Assembly (NCBI GenBank): GCA_965648915.1
Contig: CBFGIV010000001.1
Span: forward strand, 130,779-194,778
Direction: 5' to 3'
Length of the DNA stretch: 64,000 nucleotides
DNA from: a candidate division WOR-3 bacterium
GTDB lineage: Bacteria > Hydrothermota > Tepidihabitantia > SM23-42 > CAYGYG01
Shown here: positions 40,708 through 50,108 of the stretch, in pieces
How the letters are laid out: every line of letters begins with the position of its first letter
How positions within the stretch are numbered: position 1 is the stretch's first letter
Made by a program: the position numbers and the translations under genes
The notes under the pieces: model-generated
Database searches by the model: none
What the model was told of the DNA's origin: nothing
The model's input: the letters and a program-made list of their open reading frames with translations, nothing else

Positions 40708-41256
40708 TTACTTTTTATCTACAGATGTCGATTTTTCACCGTAATTTGCCTTGCCCGGTGTAGGTTTTGAGAAGAATTGCCAGTTGTTTTCGCCGTCAGG
40801 ATAACGGCCATAAGAGGTATCGCACTTCTGAGGTTCAAAGGCCCGGGCATCGATCAGCCGTTGTTCATTTTCATCAGTGTCATAAAGTCCAATCCCTTCA
40901 CCGTTGGTTGCATCCAATCTAAAATTTGTATGGAGCACACCTTCAGATGGTTCATTATCTGCCCAGAATATCAAGAAACCGCCTGCAGTAATTGTTGTAT
41001 CCGGGATTTTCCATTTGGTCGGGTTGGAGAAGTTGTCGGTAAGATACATTCCTTTCAGACGGATCGGGCGATCGCCAGCGTTATATAGTTCAATCCAGTC
41101 ATCATAATCACCCTGTTCATCCATAAAAGTGGATGCGTTTGAAGCCATAAATTCATTTATAAAGATGGTGTTACGGAGTTCTGAGTCACCAGCACCAAAA
41201 CAGCCCATAAATGTGAAAAAGATTATTGATATAAGAGATGTTATTTTTCCGGACAT
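40708..41256 (-). CDS. Lamin-tail-domain lipoprotein
   Basis: Lipobox FMGC; INEFMASN, DWIELYN, FWAD, HTNFRL, SYGRYPDG and PTPG motifs. Confidence 0.85.
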   Translation of the reverse strand: MSGKITSLISIIFFTFMGCFGAGDSELRNTIFINEFMASNASTFMDEQGDYDDWIELYNAGDRPIRLKGMYLTDNFSNPTKWKIPDTTITAGGFLIFWADNEPSEGVLHTNFRLDATNGEGIGLYDTDENEQRLIDARAFEPQKCDTSYGRYPDGENNWQFFSKPTPGKANYGEKSTSVDKK

Positions 41257-41269
41257 ATATTCTCCTTTA

Positions 41270-42277
41270 TTAAAATTCAGCCTGGATCTGAGTGATTATT
41301 CGATAGTTATAATCTTGATCAGGCCTATGTTTGCCAATAAAATTGGTCTTGAAACTTAGATTTCTATAAAAATACCAGCCGAGGTTAAGGGTGTAAGTAT
41401 CGAGATAATCTCCAGTCTTTTGTTCATCGGGATAAAATCTTTCGACCTTGAGGCCCGGTTCCCAACAGCCAATTCGATAAAGGACGGTCAGATAACCACC
41501 GACCATACCCTTATCGATTTCGGTATCCCCGGAAAGGATCTCAGCTTCAAGGGTCAGCCCCCATTTCTGGAATGAGAGATCTCCGCCATAGGCAATCAGT
41601 GGGTCATGGGTTATCGAATCCGACCGCTGAGTTGAATTGAGGCCAAAGGCCAAATTATGGAGAGGACCAGCAGTGATGCGTTCGGCAAATTGTTTGGTAT
41701 TGTCATTATCCCCGGCAAGATTGGCACCGTTACCATTGAAGATTCCCAGAGAATAGGCGATCGGCGTTCGATCTTTTATAACCTCTCCATTGACTGAGAC
41801 CCCGATATCTCTACCCAGATAACCATTGTTGCCAAAAGCATCATTTACTTCACCCCGGTCGATGACCAGAAGTTTACTGGCGGATCGCAACTCTTCACGA
41901 CTGAAAGGGATTTTTTGCTGACCGATATTGAATCCCAACCAACGATAGAATTGCCATTCGATGCCAATGTCCTTAAAACTAAATCGTCCTCTGCCACCAT
42001 CGATCTCAATTACGGTCTGGAGCCTCCCGGTGATAGTATTTTTGAATCTTACTCTTGCCCGGGGGATTTGAAATTCATTTTCCGGGACTGTCTCTTCATC
42101 AAAATTATATTTGAACCAGAATTGAATATAGCCGGAGATTGATTTTGTCGGAATTAGACTACCAGTTTTTTCTCCTGAGATCTCGCCCGAGGGAAGAAAG
42201 GTAAGGAGAAGGCAGATAATTTTTAATAAGATCTTCAGTTTTTGAACATTATCTGACTTACTGTCTGCAACCAGCAA
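41270..42277 (-). CDS. Outer-membrane porin, OprO/OprP (phosphate-selective)-like
   Basis: GYIQF.F, F.IPRAR, GQQKIPFSREE..S...L..IDR, GRDIG and GIFNGNG motifs; C-terminal Phe. Confidence 0.7.
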   Translation of the reverse strand: MLVADSKSDNVQKLKILLKIICLLLTFLPSGEISGEKTGSLIPTKSISGYIQFWFKYNFDEETVPENEFQIPRARVRFKNTITGRLQTVIEIDGGRGRFSFKDIGIEWQFYRWLGFNIGQQKIPFSREELRSASKLLVIDRGEVNDAFGNNGYLGRDIGVSVNGEVIKDRTPIAYSLGIFNGNGANLAGDNDNTKQFAERITAGPLHNLAFGLNSTQRSDSITHDPLIAYGGDLSFQKWGLTLEAEILSGDTEIDKGMVGGYLTVLYRIGCWEPGLKVERFYPDEQKTGDYLDTYTLNLGWYFYRNLSFKTNFIGKHRPDQDYNYRIITQIQAEF

Positions 42278-42377
42278 ATTACCTCCAGAGCAGGCAACGG
42301 ATGGTGTCCTTACAAACTGAGATAAAATGCAGATGATTTATGCAGCAGGGCATATACATAACACTATTAGACAATTA

Positions 42378-42405
42378 AATATAATTAATATTCGGAACAA
42401 GTCAA
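42378..42405 (-). promoter_or_regulatory. Candidate promoter of the porin-CotH-ASST-VTC operon
   Basis: TTGACT-16-TATATT on the minus strand, about 100 nt upstream of the porin start. Confidence 0.5.
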
Positions 42406-42607
42406 TAGTTATTACACCTTTTATAATTATGACGCATAGATAAGGAAGAAAGTTTAAATATTCTGAAGATCTCTTACCTCGGGTGGTTAGTGGATAACAT
42501 ATATGGTGTTTTCGAGATATTGTAAACGCCATTTCCGGTAACCGATTCGGGAGATAGATGATTGAATCGGTGAATAGATTTTTTTGTTTACAGGACTTTC
42601 TTCCCGG

Positions 42608-42635
42608 TTGACAAATGGTAAATATTAAATATGAT
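42608..42635 (+). promoter_or_regulatory. recA promoter
   Basis: TTGACA-16-TATGAT followed by an AGGAGG RBS. Confidence 0.7.
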
Positions 42636-42661
42636 TGTCTGTCGGGAAAAAGGAGGAATTG

Positions 42662-43696
42662 ATGGCGAAGGACGAGAAGAGCAAGGCCTTGCAGATGGCA
42701 CTTTCACAGATTGAAAAGACCTTTGGTAAAGGCGCAGTAATGCGTCTGGGAGAAGAAGGCGGACGCGCTCAGGTTGATGTGATTTCATCGGGTTCGATTG
42801 CCTTAGATGCAGCCCTGGGGATTGGTGGTTTACCGAGGGGAAGGGTTGTGGAGATTTTTGGTCCCGAGGCTTCAGGTAAGACGACACTCGGTCTTACGGC
42901 AATTGCTGAGGCACAGAAGCTGGGCGGTTCCGCGGTATTTATTGATGCCGAACATGCCCTTGACCCCAAATATGCTCAGGCCTTGGGTGTAAACCTCGAT
43001 GAACTGCTGGTTTCCCAGCCTGATACTGGTGAACAGGCGCTTGAGATCGCTGAAGTTCTAACCAGAAGCGGAGGGGTTGATGTTATGGTTGTCGATTCGG
43101 TTGCGGCACTGGTGCCTAAGGCTGAGATCGAAGGTGAGATGGGAGAGATGCAGGTCGGTCTGCAGGCAAGACTGATGTCTCAGGCATTAAGAAAGTTGAC
43201 CTCGGTCATAAGCAGGTCGAGCACAATTGCGATATTTGTCAATCAGATTCGAATGAAGATCGGGGTTATGTACGGCAGTCCAGAGACAACACCGGGTGGT
43301 CTGGCATTAAAATTTCACTCAACAATCCGGCTCGATATCCGGCGAATCGCCAGTATCAAAAAAGGGGAAGAGGTTATTGGTAATCGGATAAAAGTTCGGG
43401 TGGTCAAGAACAAACTGGCACCACCTTTTAAGGAAGCAGAATTTGATATAATATATGGACAGGGAATTTCAAGATTTGGTGAACTGGTTGATCTGGCAAC
43501 AGAAAAGAATATTATAACCAGGTCAGGAACCTGGTTTTCATACGGAGATGAGCGCATTGGTCAGGGCCGGGATGCAGTAATTGAATTTTTGAAGACCAAC
43601 AGTGATATTGCTCTTTCAATTGAGCAGAAAGTCAGAGAGGCCCTTCACCTCCCCTACCATGGTGATAACCGGCATAAAGGTTCAGAGAAGAAATAA
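42662..43696 (+). CDS. recA: Recombinase A
   Basis: [37 protein letters not shown] and ETTPGG motifs; ATG at 42662 follows AGGAGG. Confidence 0.99.
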   Translation: MAKDEKSKALQMALSQIEKTFGKGAVMRLGEEGGRAQVDVISSGSIALDAALGIGGLPRGRVVEIFGPEASGKTTLGLTAIAEAQKLGGSAVFIDAEHALDPKYAQALGVNLDELLVSQPDTGEQALEIAEVLTRSGGVDVMVVDSVAALVPKAEIEGEMGEMQVGLQARLMSQALRKLTSVISRSSTIAIFVNQIRMKIGVMYGSPETTPGGLALKFHSTIRLDIRRIASIKKGEEVIGNRIKVRVVKNKLAPPFKEAEFDIIYGQGISRFGELVDLATEKNIITRSGTWFSYGDERIGQGRDAVIEFLKTNSDIALSIEQKVREALHLPYHGDNRHKGSEKK

Positions 43697-44255
43697 GAGA
43701 CGCTTTTCAATCTATGTTGATGGTCAGTATCGAATGTCAATCGGAGTTGAGATTTTGACTCGATTCAATCTCAAAGAAGGGGATGAGATTTCTGAAGAGT
43801 TTTTTACCCGGATCTTGAAAGATGAAGAAAGGCAGGCACTCAAAAATCGTCTGGCGCGCATCCTTTCTTATCGGGACCGGACACCAAAAGAGATCAGGGA
43901 GCGTTTGAGAAATCTTGGTTATAGTGATGAGATAATAAGTGAAGTGATTGATGAATATATTGAAAAGAAAATCATCGATGAGGAAAGGCTGGTTCAATCG
44001 TTTATTGCCGATTACACCAATCTCAATCCCCGAGGTAATATTTTTATTAAACGTACATTGCTGGCCAAGGGTATTGAAGCCGGTCTGATCGATCAGTACT
44101 TAAAAGACCGTGACGAGGCAGCCGTGATCAGAAGATTTCTGGAGAAGAAAAGAGCGAAGATTAAGGAACAGGATCGTGCGCGGATTTATCGTCTCTTGAT
44201 AAATCGTGGTTTTACCCCAAAGGTGGTAAGTGAGGTGGTAGGTGAAGAGTTCTGA
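43659..44255 (+). CDS. recX: Regulatory protein RecX
   Basis: [17 protein letters not shown]-terminus, LSYRDRT..E...RL and RGF motifs; lies between recA and alaS. Confidence 0.85.
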   Translation: MVITGIKVQRRNKRRFSIYVDGQYRMSIGVEILTRFNLKEGDEISEEFFTRILKDEERQALKNRLARILSYRDRTPKEIRERLRNLGYSDEIISEVIDEYIEKKIIDEERLVQSFIADYTNLNPRGNIFIKRTLLAKGIEAGLIDQYLKDRDEAAVIRRFLEKKRAKIKEQDRARIYRLLINRGFTPKVVSEVVGEEF

Positions 44256-46809
44256 AGTACGTGAGAGTTTCTTAAACTTTTTTGCGGAGAGAGGCCATAC
44301 CATTGTCCCCAGTGCCTCTCTGGTGCCGAAAGATGATCCGACCTTATTATTTACCAGCGCGGGGATGGTCCAGTTTAAACCCTATTTTGCGGGAACGGTC
44401 GCCCTGCCCTATCGCCGGGCGGCCAGTGTGCAGAAGTGTCTGCGGGTCACCGATTTAGAAAATGTCGGTAAGACCCTTCGCCATCACACTTTCTTTGAGA
44501 TGTTAGGAAATTTTTCATTTGGTGATTATTTTAAGAAGGAGGCAATCCTCTGGGCCTGGGAGTATCTGACAGATGTTCTGGGACTTGATAAAGACCGCCT
44601 CTTTGCCTCGGTTTTTAAAGATGATGATGAGGCTTATAATATCTGGATACAGGATGTCGGTCTGGAACCCAGCCGGGTAGTTCGATTGGGCGAGAAGGAT
44701 AATTTCTGGCCACCAGCCGGTGGCACCGGTGCCTGTGGCCCCTGCTCGGAAATTTTTTATGATATGGGTGAAGATTATGGCTGTCGCCGACCCGAATGCT
44801 ATGTTGGCTGTGATTGTGAACGGTACTTAGAGATCTGGAATATTGTCTTTCCCCAGTTTGATCAGAAACTGGATGGTACGCGCGGACCGCTGAAGAACCG
44901 GGGAATTGATACAGGTATGGGACTGGAGAGGTTATTGACTGTTGTCCAGAAGGCGCGGTCCAATTATCATACTGATGTCTTTAAACCTCTTATCGACAAT
45001 GTGGCGGATATAATTGGTCTTGCATATGGCAAAGACCGAAGTGCAGATATCAACTTTAATATTATCGCTGATCACATCAGGGCTCTGGTCTTTGCCATCA
45101 CCGACGGGGTCATACCTTCTAATGAAGAACGTGGCTATGTATTGAGAAAACTCCTGAGGCGGGCCCTCCGTTCCGCCCAGCGGCTCGAATATGAAGAGCC
45201 GATCCTTTACCGGCTCGTAGGCGCAGTGGTTAACCTTATGAAAGAACCTTATCCCGAAATCGCAACCAAGGAGAATCAGATTGCCTTGATTATCAAATCC
45301 GAAGAAGAGCGTTTTTTGAAGACGCTTGATGCCGGACTTGCTCAATTCGAAACGATTGTCAGCGCGAAGAGAATTATTGATGGTCGGGATGCATTCAAAC
45401 TTTATGATACTTATGGGTTTCCATTTGATTTGATAGTGGAACTTGCCCACGAACGGAATATCGAAATTGATAAGGAAGGTTTTGAAAAGGCAATGGAAGA
45501 GCAGAGGTTGACCTCGAGAAAAGGTGCAAGATTTGCAGGGCAGGGGTCCTGGAATATTCTGAAAGAAGGAAGCGGTCGCTTTGTTGGCTATGATAAAGAA
45601 TTCTGCGAGACGGAAATTATTCGATGGCTCAAACCGGGGACGGATGAGCGATACGAGATTGTTCTTGAAGAGACACCTTTCTATGCCGAGGCAGGGGGAC
45701 AGATCGGTGAGACCGGAACTATCCAGGGCAATGATTTCACATTGAGGGTGGCTGATGTTTTCTACTCACAGGGGATTATCGTCCACGAATGTGAAAAAGT
45801 CAACGGGGTATTCAGACCCGGCCGGGTTAAGGCGGAAGTTGATATAAATCATCGTCAGGAGAGTTCCCGGGCCCATACCGCAACTCATCTCCTCCAGGCG
45901 ATGCTTCGAAAAGTTCTTGGCGAACATATTCGCCAGGAAGGTTCTCTGGTTGAACCAGGTCGATTCCGCTTCGACTTTCTCCATTTTAACCCATTGAGTA
46001 AAGCCGAGATCGATGAAGTTGAGAATGGTGTAAATGAGTTGATTCGACAGGATTTGAAGGTGGAAAAGTTGATTATGCCGTTAAGCGAAGCCAAGCGTAT
46101 GGGGGCGATCGCCCTGTTCGGTGAGAAGTATGGAGAGATGGTGCGCGTGGTCAAAATTGAAGAAGTGTCGCTTGAACTGTGCGGCGGGATGCATGTCGAT
46201 CGAACCGGAGAGATCGGAATTTTAAAAATCCAGACCGAGTCATCCGCCGCTGCCGGTATAAGACGGATCGAAGCCTTGGTTGGAGGACGAGCATATAAGG
46301 ATATTAAGATTCAGTATGAAACAGTTGAAGTCCTTAGACAATTGGTGGGTAAGGATGTTGTGAAGGGGGTAGAACGGGAATTATTGATCAATAAGAGACT
46401 TAACGAGGAGCTCCGGCGCTACGCCCAATCGGCGGCACGGTTTAAGACGGCTGAACTCTTAGAAAAAGCCGAAGCGGTCGGTCCGGTCAAATTCGTTGTT
46501 CTGAGTTATTCGGAATTTAATGTTGAGCAATTGAGAATGATTGCGGATGCGGTTAATGAGCAGACTAAACAGGTCATAGGTATACTCTTTGGTGGATCGA
46601 ACCAGCGGCTGAATTATATTGTCTTTGTTTCAAAGAATCTGACCCAGCAGTTCAATGCCGTCGAGATGATAAAGATTGTGGGCAGGATTGTTGGTGGTAG
46701 TGGTGGGGGTAAGCCCCACCTTGCGGAAGGTGGGGGAGGAGATCGTTCAAAAATTCTTGAGGCAATTGACCAGCTTCGTCAATTCCTTATTAATCAGGTT
46801 AAGGCTTAA
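44242..46809 (+). CDS. alaS: Alanine--tRNA ligase
   Basis: DPTLLFTSAGMVQFK, HHTFFEMLGNFSFGDYFK, DTGMGLER, HTATH, ELCGG.H and GGGGKP motifs. Confidence 0.99.
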   Translation: MKSSEVRESFLNFFAERGHTIVPSASLVPKDDPTLLFTSAGMVQFKPYFAGTVALPYRRAASVQKCLRVTDLENVGKTLRHHTFFEMLGNFSFGDYFKKEAILWAWEYLTDVLGLDKDRLFASVFKDDDEAYNIWIQDVGLEPSRVVRLGEKDNFWPPAGGTGACGPCSEIFYDMGEDYGCRRPECYVGCDCERYLEIWNIVFPQFDQKLDGTRGPLKNRGIDTGMGLERLLTVVQKARSNYHTDVFKPLIDNVADIIGLAYGKDRSADINFNIIADHIRALVFAITDGVIPSNEERGYVLRKLLRRALRSAQRLEYEEPILYRLVGAVVNLMKEPYPEIATKENQIALIIKSEEERFLKTLDAGLAQFETIVSAKRIIDGRDAFKLYDTYGFPFDLIVELAHERNIEIDKEGFEKAMEEQRLTSRKGARFAGQGSWNILKEGSGRFVGYDKEFCETEIIRWLKPGTDERYEIVLEETPFYAEAGGQIGETGTIQGNDFTLRVADVFYSQGIIVHECEKVNGVFRPGRVKAEVDINHRQESSRAHTATHLLQAMLRKVLGEHIRQEGSLVEPGRFRFDFLHFNPLSKAEIDEVENGVNELIRQDLKVEKLIMPLSEAKRMGAIALFGEKYGEMVRVVKIEEVSLELCGGMHVDRTGEIGILKIQTESSAAAGIRRIEALVGGRAYKDIKIQYETVEVLRQLVGKDVVKGVERELLINKRLNEELRRYAQSAARFKTAELLEKAEAVGPVKFVVLSYSEFNVEQLRMIADAVNEQTKQVIGILFGGSNQRLNYIVFVSKNLTQQFNAVEMIKIVGRIVGGSGGGKPHLAEGGGGDRSKILEAIDQLRQFLINQVKA

Positions 46810-46818
46810 AAGATATTA

Positions 46819-47166
46819 CTATCTTACCCAGTATAAAATTCGTCCGCAGTTAGGACAGTATTGAATGATTTTGGGGTTGCAGACCATCTGCGTGGGCAGT
46901 TTCTGGAAACAGCCATAACAGAAACCCTTTATCACCGGTGCCAGGGCCCTTTCGTATCGTTTCCTGATTCTCTCGTAGGCTTCGGCATATTCCTTGGATA
47001 GTTTTTTTGCCAGATAATCTCTTTCTTTGAGAACCTCGAGCGATGGGTCGGCAACCCTAAAGCCGATTTTTTTATACTGCTCCCGCACCCTGGGTGAGGT
47101 TAGTTCTTTCAGGAGCAGGTCGAGATCGTGGAGTTTGATTAAGATTTCCATATCTTCATTCATCAT
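46819..47166 (-). CDS. Short C4-type zinc-ribbon protein (DUF164/zf-RING_7-like)
   Basis: LIKLHDLD N-terminus, YERIR, and CYGC...CPNCGRIL. Confidence 0.8.
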   Translation of the reverse strand: MMNEDMEILIKLHDLDLLLKELTSPRVREQYKKIGFRVADPSLEVLKERDYLAKKLSKEYAEAYERIRKRYERALAPVIKGFCYGCFQKLPTQMVCNPKIIQYCPNCGRILYWVR

Positions 47167-47630
47167 TTCCCCCGGGCAATGACTTTTTCAACCTGGGCGA
47201 GTAACTGTATAAACTCTTCGGCAGTCTTGGGTTGCATAATTAAATCTTTTTTGGAAAGTTCCTTGCCGATCTGGACGAGATGTGCAAGTGTAAGTAGGTA
47301 TTGATTTTCAGGGTCCTGGGGTGGTGCAACAGTCAGAAAGATAATATGAACCAGTTTTTTATCGATTGAGTTAAAATTTATGCCTTTGGTTGACCTCCCC
47401 ACGGCAAGTTCTAATTTATCAACGATTAATGATCGACAGTGGGGGATCGCTATTCCGCGACCGATTCCGGTGGAACCCAGTTCTTCACGCTTCAAAAGGG
47501 TGGATATGAGGACTTCGGCATCACCCCCCTTCTGAATCATCAAGACAAGTTCCCGTATGGCCTCCTCTTTATTCCTTGCCTTGATATCGAGATTGATGCG
47601 ATCTTTTAGTAAGAGAGATGAAAGGTTCAC
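47163..47630 (-). CDS. PTS EIIA component (Ntr/fructose type)
   Basis: RE..GSTGIGRGIAIPHC phospho-His motif; GTG start at 47630 follows GGAGG. Confidence 0.88.
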   Translation of the reverse strand: MNLSSLLLKDRINLDIKARNKEEAIRELVLMIQKGGDAEVLISTLLKREELGSTGIGRGIAIPHCRSLIVDKLELAVGRSTKGINFNSIDKKLVHIIFLTVAPPQDPENQYLLTLAHLVQIGKELSKKDLIMQPKTAEEFIQLLAQVEKVIARGK

Positions 47631-47784
47631 AAAACCTCCTTCAATAATTTTCTTCACTATTTAAGTACAACAAAACCCTTATTTTGGCGCAGAGATTGAT
47701 TATTGCCATAACCGACCAGCGGTCTGAACTTAAGCCAGTACAGCTATCATACCTCTTTGCCAAAGTATTCATCATATAATACCC

Positions 47785-49377
47785 TCACATCTTATCTGGA
47801 CTTGTAATACCAAGAAGATCAAGCCCACACCTGATTACTTCTTTGACTTTATTGACGAGGAAGAGACGTGCCCGGGATATTTCAACCCTATCACTTACAA
47901 CTTGATGCTTCTGATAAAAGTAGTGAAAACGATTTGCCAGCTCTAATAGATAGTAGACGAGATGATGGGGCTCAAGGGTTGACCAGCAGTGTTCGATAAT
48001 TTCATGAAAAATCAGAATCTGTTTGACGAGTCTGAGAGTTTCGGGTTCAGTCAAGAGTTTCAAATTCGGGTCATCCCCTGCTGGGATTTTTTTCTTTTGG
48101 GCAAAATTGATGATACTGGCGATCCGGGCGTGTGCATACTGAATGTAATAAACCGGATTCTCTTCGGTCTCGGTTAATGCCAGTTCGATATCGAAATCGA
48201 GGGGTTGAGATGGAGTCCGCATCAGGAAGAAGAACCTTATGACATCCACTGGTATCTTATCCATCAATTCATCAAGGGTTACAAAGACACCGCCCCGCTT
48301 TGACATCGGTAGAATCTTTTCACCTTTCACTAAATTTACCTGCTGGACGATCATAACATCAAGTTTATCTACTGGCAGACCGATCGCCTTGACCCCACTT
48401 TTCAAGCTCGGCACATGCCCCTGATGATCCGGACCAAGCAAGGTAAGAAGTCGATCAAAGCCGCGGTCGAACTTATCCCAGTGATAGGCGATATCGGGCA
48501 GGAGGTAGGTATGTTTACCATTCCTGGTCTGGATTACCCGATCGCGAGTATCACCGAAGGCAGTAGATTTGAACCACAACGCACCTTCCTGTTCAAAAAG
48601 GAGATTCTTTGTTTTCAGGATATGAATGACTCTTTCATCGAGTTTTTTTTCATAGATCTCGTGTTCATAAAACCATCGGTCGAAGACAATCCTGAATTTT
48701 TTTAAGGTTTCTTTCTGCTGTTTAACAATCTGTTCAACTGAATAACGAGATGCAGTGGCGACATCTTTTCTCAATCCCGAGGCGACAAATTCTTTAGCAA
48801 TCGGAATCAGATATTCACCAACATAACCATCTGGTGGTGGAAGGAATGGGGCACCGTTAAGCTCTTCGACCCGGGCAAGGAGGCTCTGACCAAGACTTTC
48901 TATCTGCCCCCCGGTATCACAGACATAAAATTCTGAGCGGACATCATCGCCAAGGAATCTAAATATACGCACCAGACTATCACCGACCGCTCCGGCTCGA
49001 GCGCTCACTACATTGCAGGGGCCGGTCGGGTTGACACTGACAAACTCGATCAGAACCTTTTCTCTTTTTGGCCGTGGCGAAGTTAATTTATCAACATTCA
49101 TCTTCTGGAGACTGGTATAGAGAAATTCGGGCGAGAGAAATAGATTGACAAAGCCCGGAGGCATAACCTCAACTTTACTAAATAGAGGGGAGGAAATTTT
49201 CCGGGCGATTTCATTTGCAATCTCAAGCGGGTTGCGCTTTTCAACTCTGGCTAAAGCAAAGGCTGAAGTGAGTGCATAGTCACCGTGTTTTTCATTTGCG
49301 GGATATTCAAGATGGAGGGGCAGGTCGGGGAGGATTTCTTTAAGTGTGTTGTAGACAATCGGCTTAATCATCTTCAA
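47785..49377 (-). CDS. argS: Arginine--tRNA ligase
   Basis: HGDYA, PGFVN, EFVSVNPTGP, DIAYH, MSKRGG and YIQYAHAR motifs; C-terminal Met. Confidence 0.97.
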   Translation of the reverse strand: MKMIKPIVYNTLKEILPDLPLHLEYPANEKHGDYALTSAFALARVEKRNPLEIANEIARKISSPLFSKVEVMPPGFVNLFLSPEFLYTSLQKMNVDKLTSPRPKREKVLIEFVSVNPTGPCNVVSARAGAVGDSLVRIFRFLGDDVRSEFYVCDTGGQIESLGQSLLARVEELNGAPFLPPPDGYVGEYLIPIAKEFVASGLRKDVATASRYSVEQIVKQQKETLKKFRIVFDRWFYEHEIYEKKLDERVIHILKTKNLLFEQEGALWFKSTAFGDTRDRVIQTRNGKHTYLLPDIAYHWDKFDRGFDRLLTLLGPDHQGHVPSLKSGVKAIGLPVDKLDVMIVQQVNLVKGEKILPMSKRGGVFVTLDELMDKIPVDVIRFFFLMRTPSQPLDFDIELALTETEENPVYYIQYAHARIASIINFAQKKKIPAGDDPNLKLLTEPETLRLVKQILIFHEIIEHCWSTLEPHHLVYYLLELANRFHYFYQKHQVVSDRVEISRARLFLVNKVKEVIRCGLDLLGITSPDKM

Positions 49378-49702
49378 TCCTTATCGTCGGGGCATCGCCC
49401 CAGAGACGCTCAAGTCCATAAAATTCGCGAATATCTTTGAGGAAGAGGTGAACAATAACATCTACATAGTCTAAAAGAATCCAATGAGCCGATTCATGTC
49501 CTTCAACATGATGAGGCTTTTCAAAATCGATCAGGGTTTGCATCACGTTTTTTATATGAATGTCAGAAAGACCTGTAGCGATAACAAAAAAATCAGTGAT
49601 TGGCGACATCTTTCTTAAATCGAGGATGATTATCTCTTTTCCCTTTTTTTTCAAGATTTCCTGGGCTAAGTGCTGGGCTAAATATTTAGAGTTCTTTTTC
49701 AA
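49364..49702 (-). CDS. rsfS: Ribosome silencing factor
   Basis: KKG..I..LD, DFFVIATG.S..H, WILLDY.DVIVH.F and FYGLERLW motifs; start inferred at TTG 49702. Confidence 0.93.
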   Translation of the reverse strand: MKKNSKYLAQHLAQEILKKKGKEIIILDLRKMSPITDFFVIATGLSDIHIKNVMQTLIDFEKPHHVEGHESAHWILLDYVDVIVHLFLKDIREFYGLERLWGDAPTIRIEDD

Positions 49703-50099
49703 CGCCACGAAAGACCTTTTTATAATCCTGACCCACAATAACGGTAACACTTAGATAGAGCGACTTGTCGATGTCCTGACCGATATTTTTAATGCCAAAT
49801 TGACGGGCAAAATGTTTGGCGTTGGTAAGTTTTTCGTCGCTTCGCTCCAGGACCACCGTCTCGGTAAAATCTCTCTGGCGGGCATTACCGACTCGCACCA
49901 CATCAAATCCTTTTTTCAGGACCACATTTCTGACTTTCATCCCTAATCCGTCAACACCGCACCCATTCAGGATCTCAATCTGCATGGTCCGGTTTATTTT
50001 TAAATCCTGTTCCTGTTTCGATTTTACTATACCATGGTAAATGATCGAACTCAGAAACAGCGCGACGATGACAAGCAGGATATAAATTAATCGGCTCAA
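49686..50099 (-). CDS. LytR C-terminal-domain membrane protein
   Basis: N-terminal TM; IEILNGCGVDGL, GF.V..VGNA and VTVIVGQDY motifs. Confidence 0.85.
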   Translation of the reverse strand: MSRLIYILLVIVALFLSSIIYHGIVKSKQEQDLKINRTMQIEILNGCGVDGLGMKVRNVVLKKGFDVVRVGNARQRDFTETVVLERSDEKLTNAKHFARQFGIKNIGQDIDKSLYLSVTVIVGQDYKKVFRGVEKEL

Positions 50100-50108
50100 G
50101 ATAGTTCC

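Noticed and set aside
42280..42660. Pho box upstream of the porin operon and SOS box upstream of recA
   Set aside because: GTCATA/GTAATA half-sites are 18 nt apart rather than 11, and no LexA palindrome that I recognise is present.
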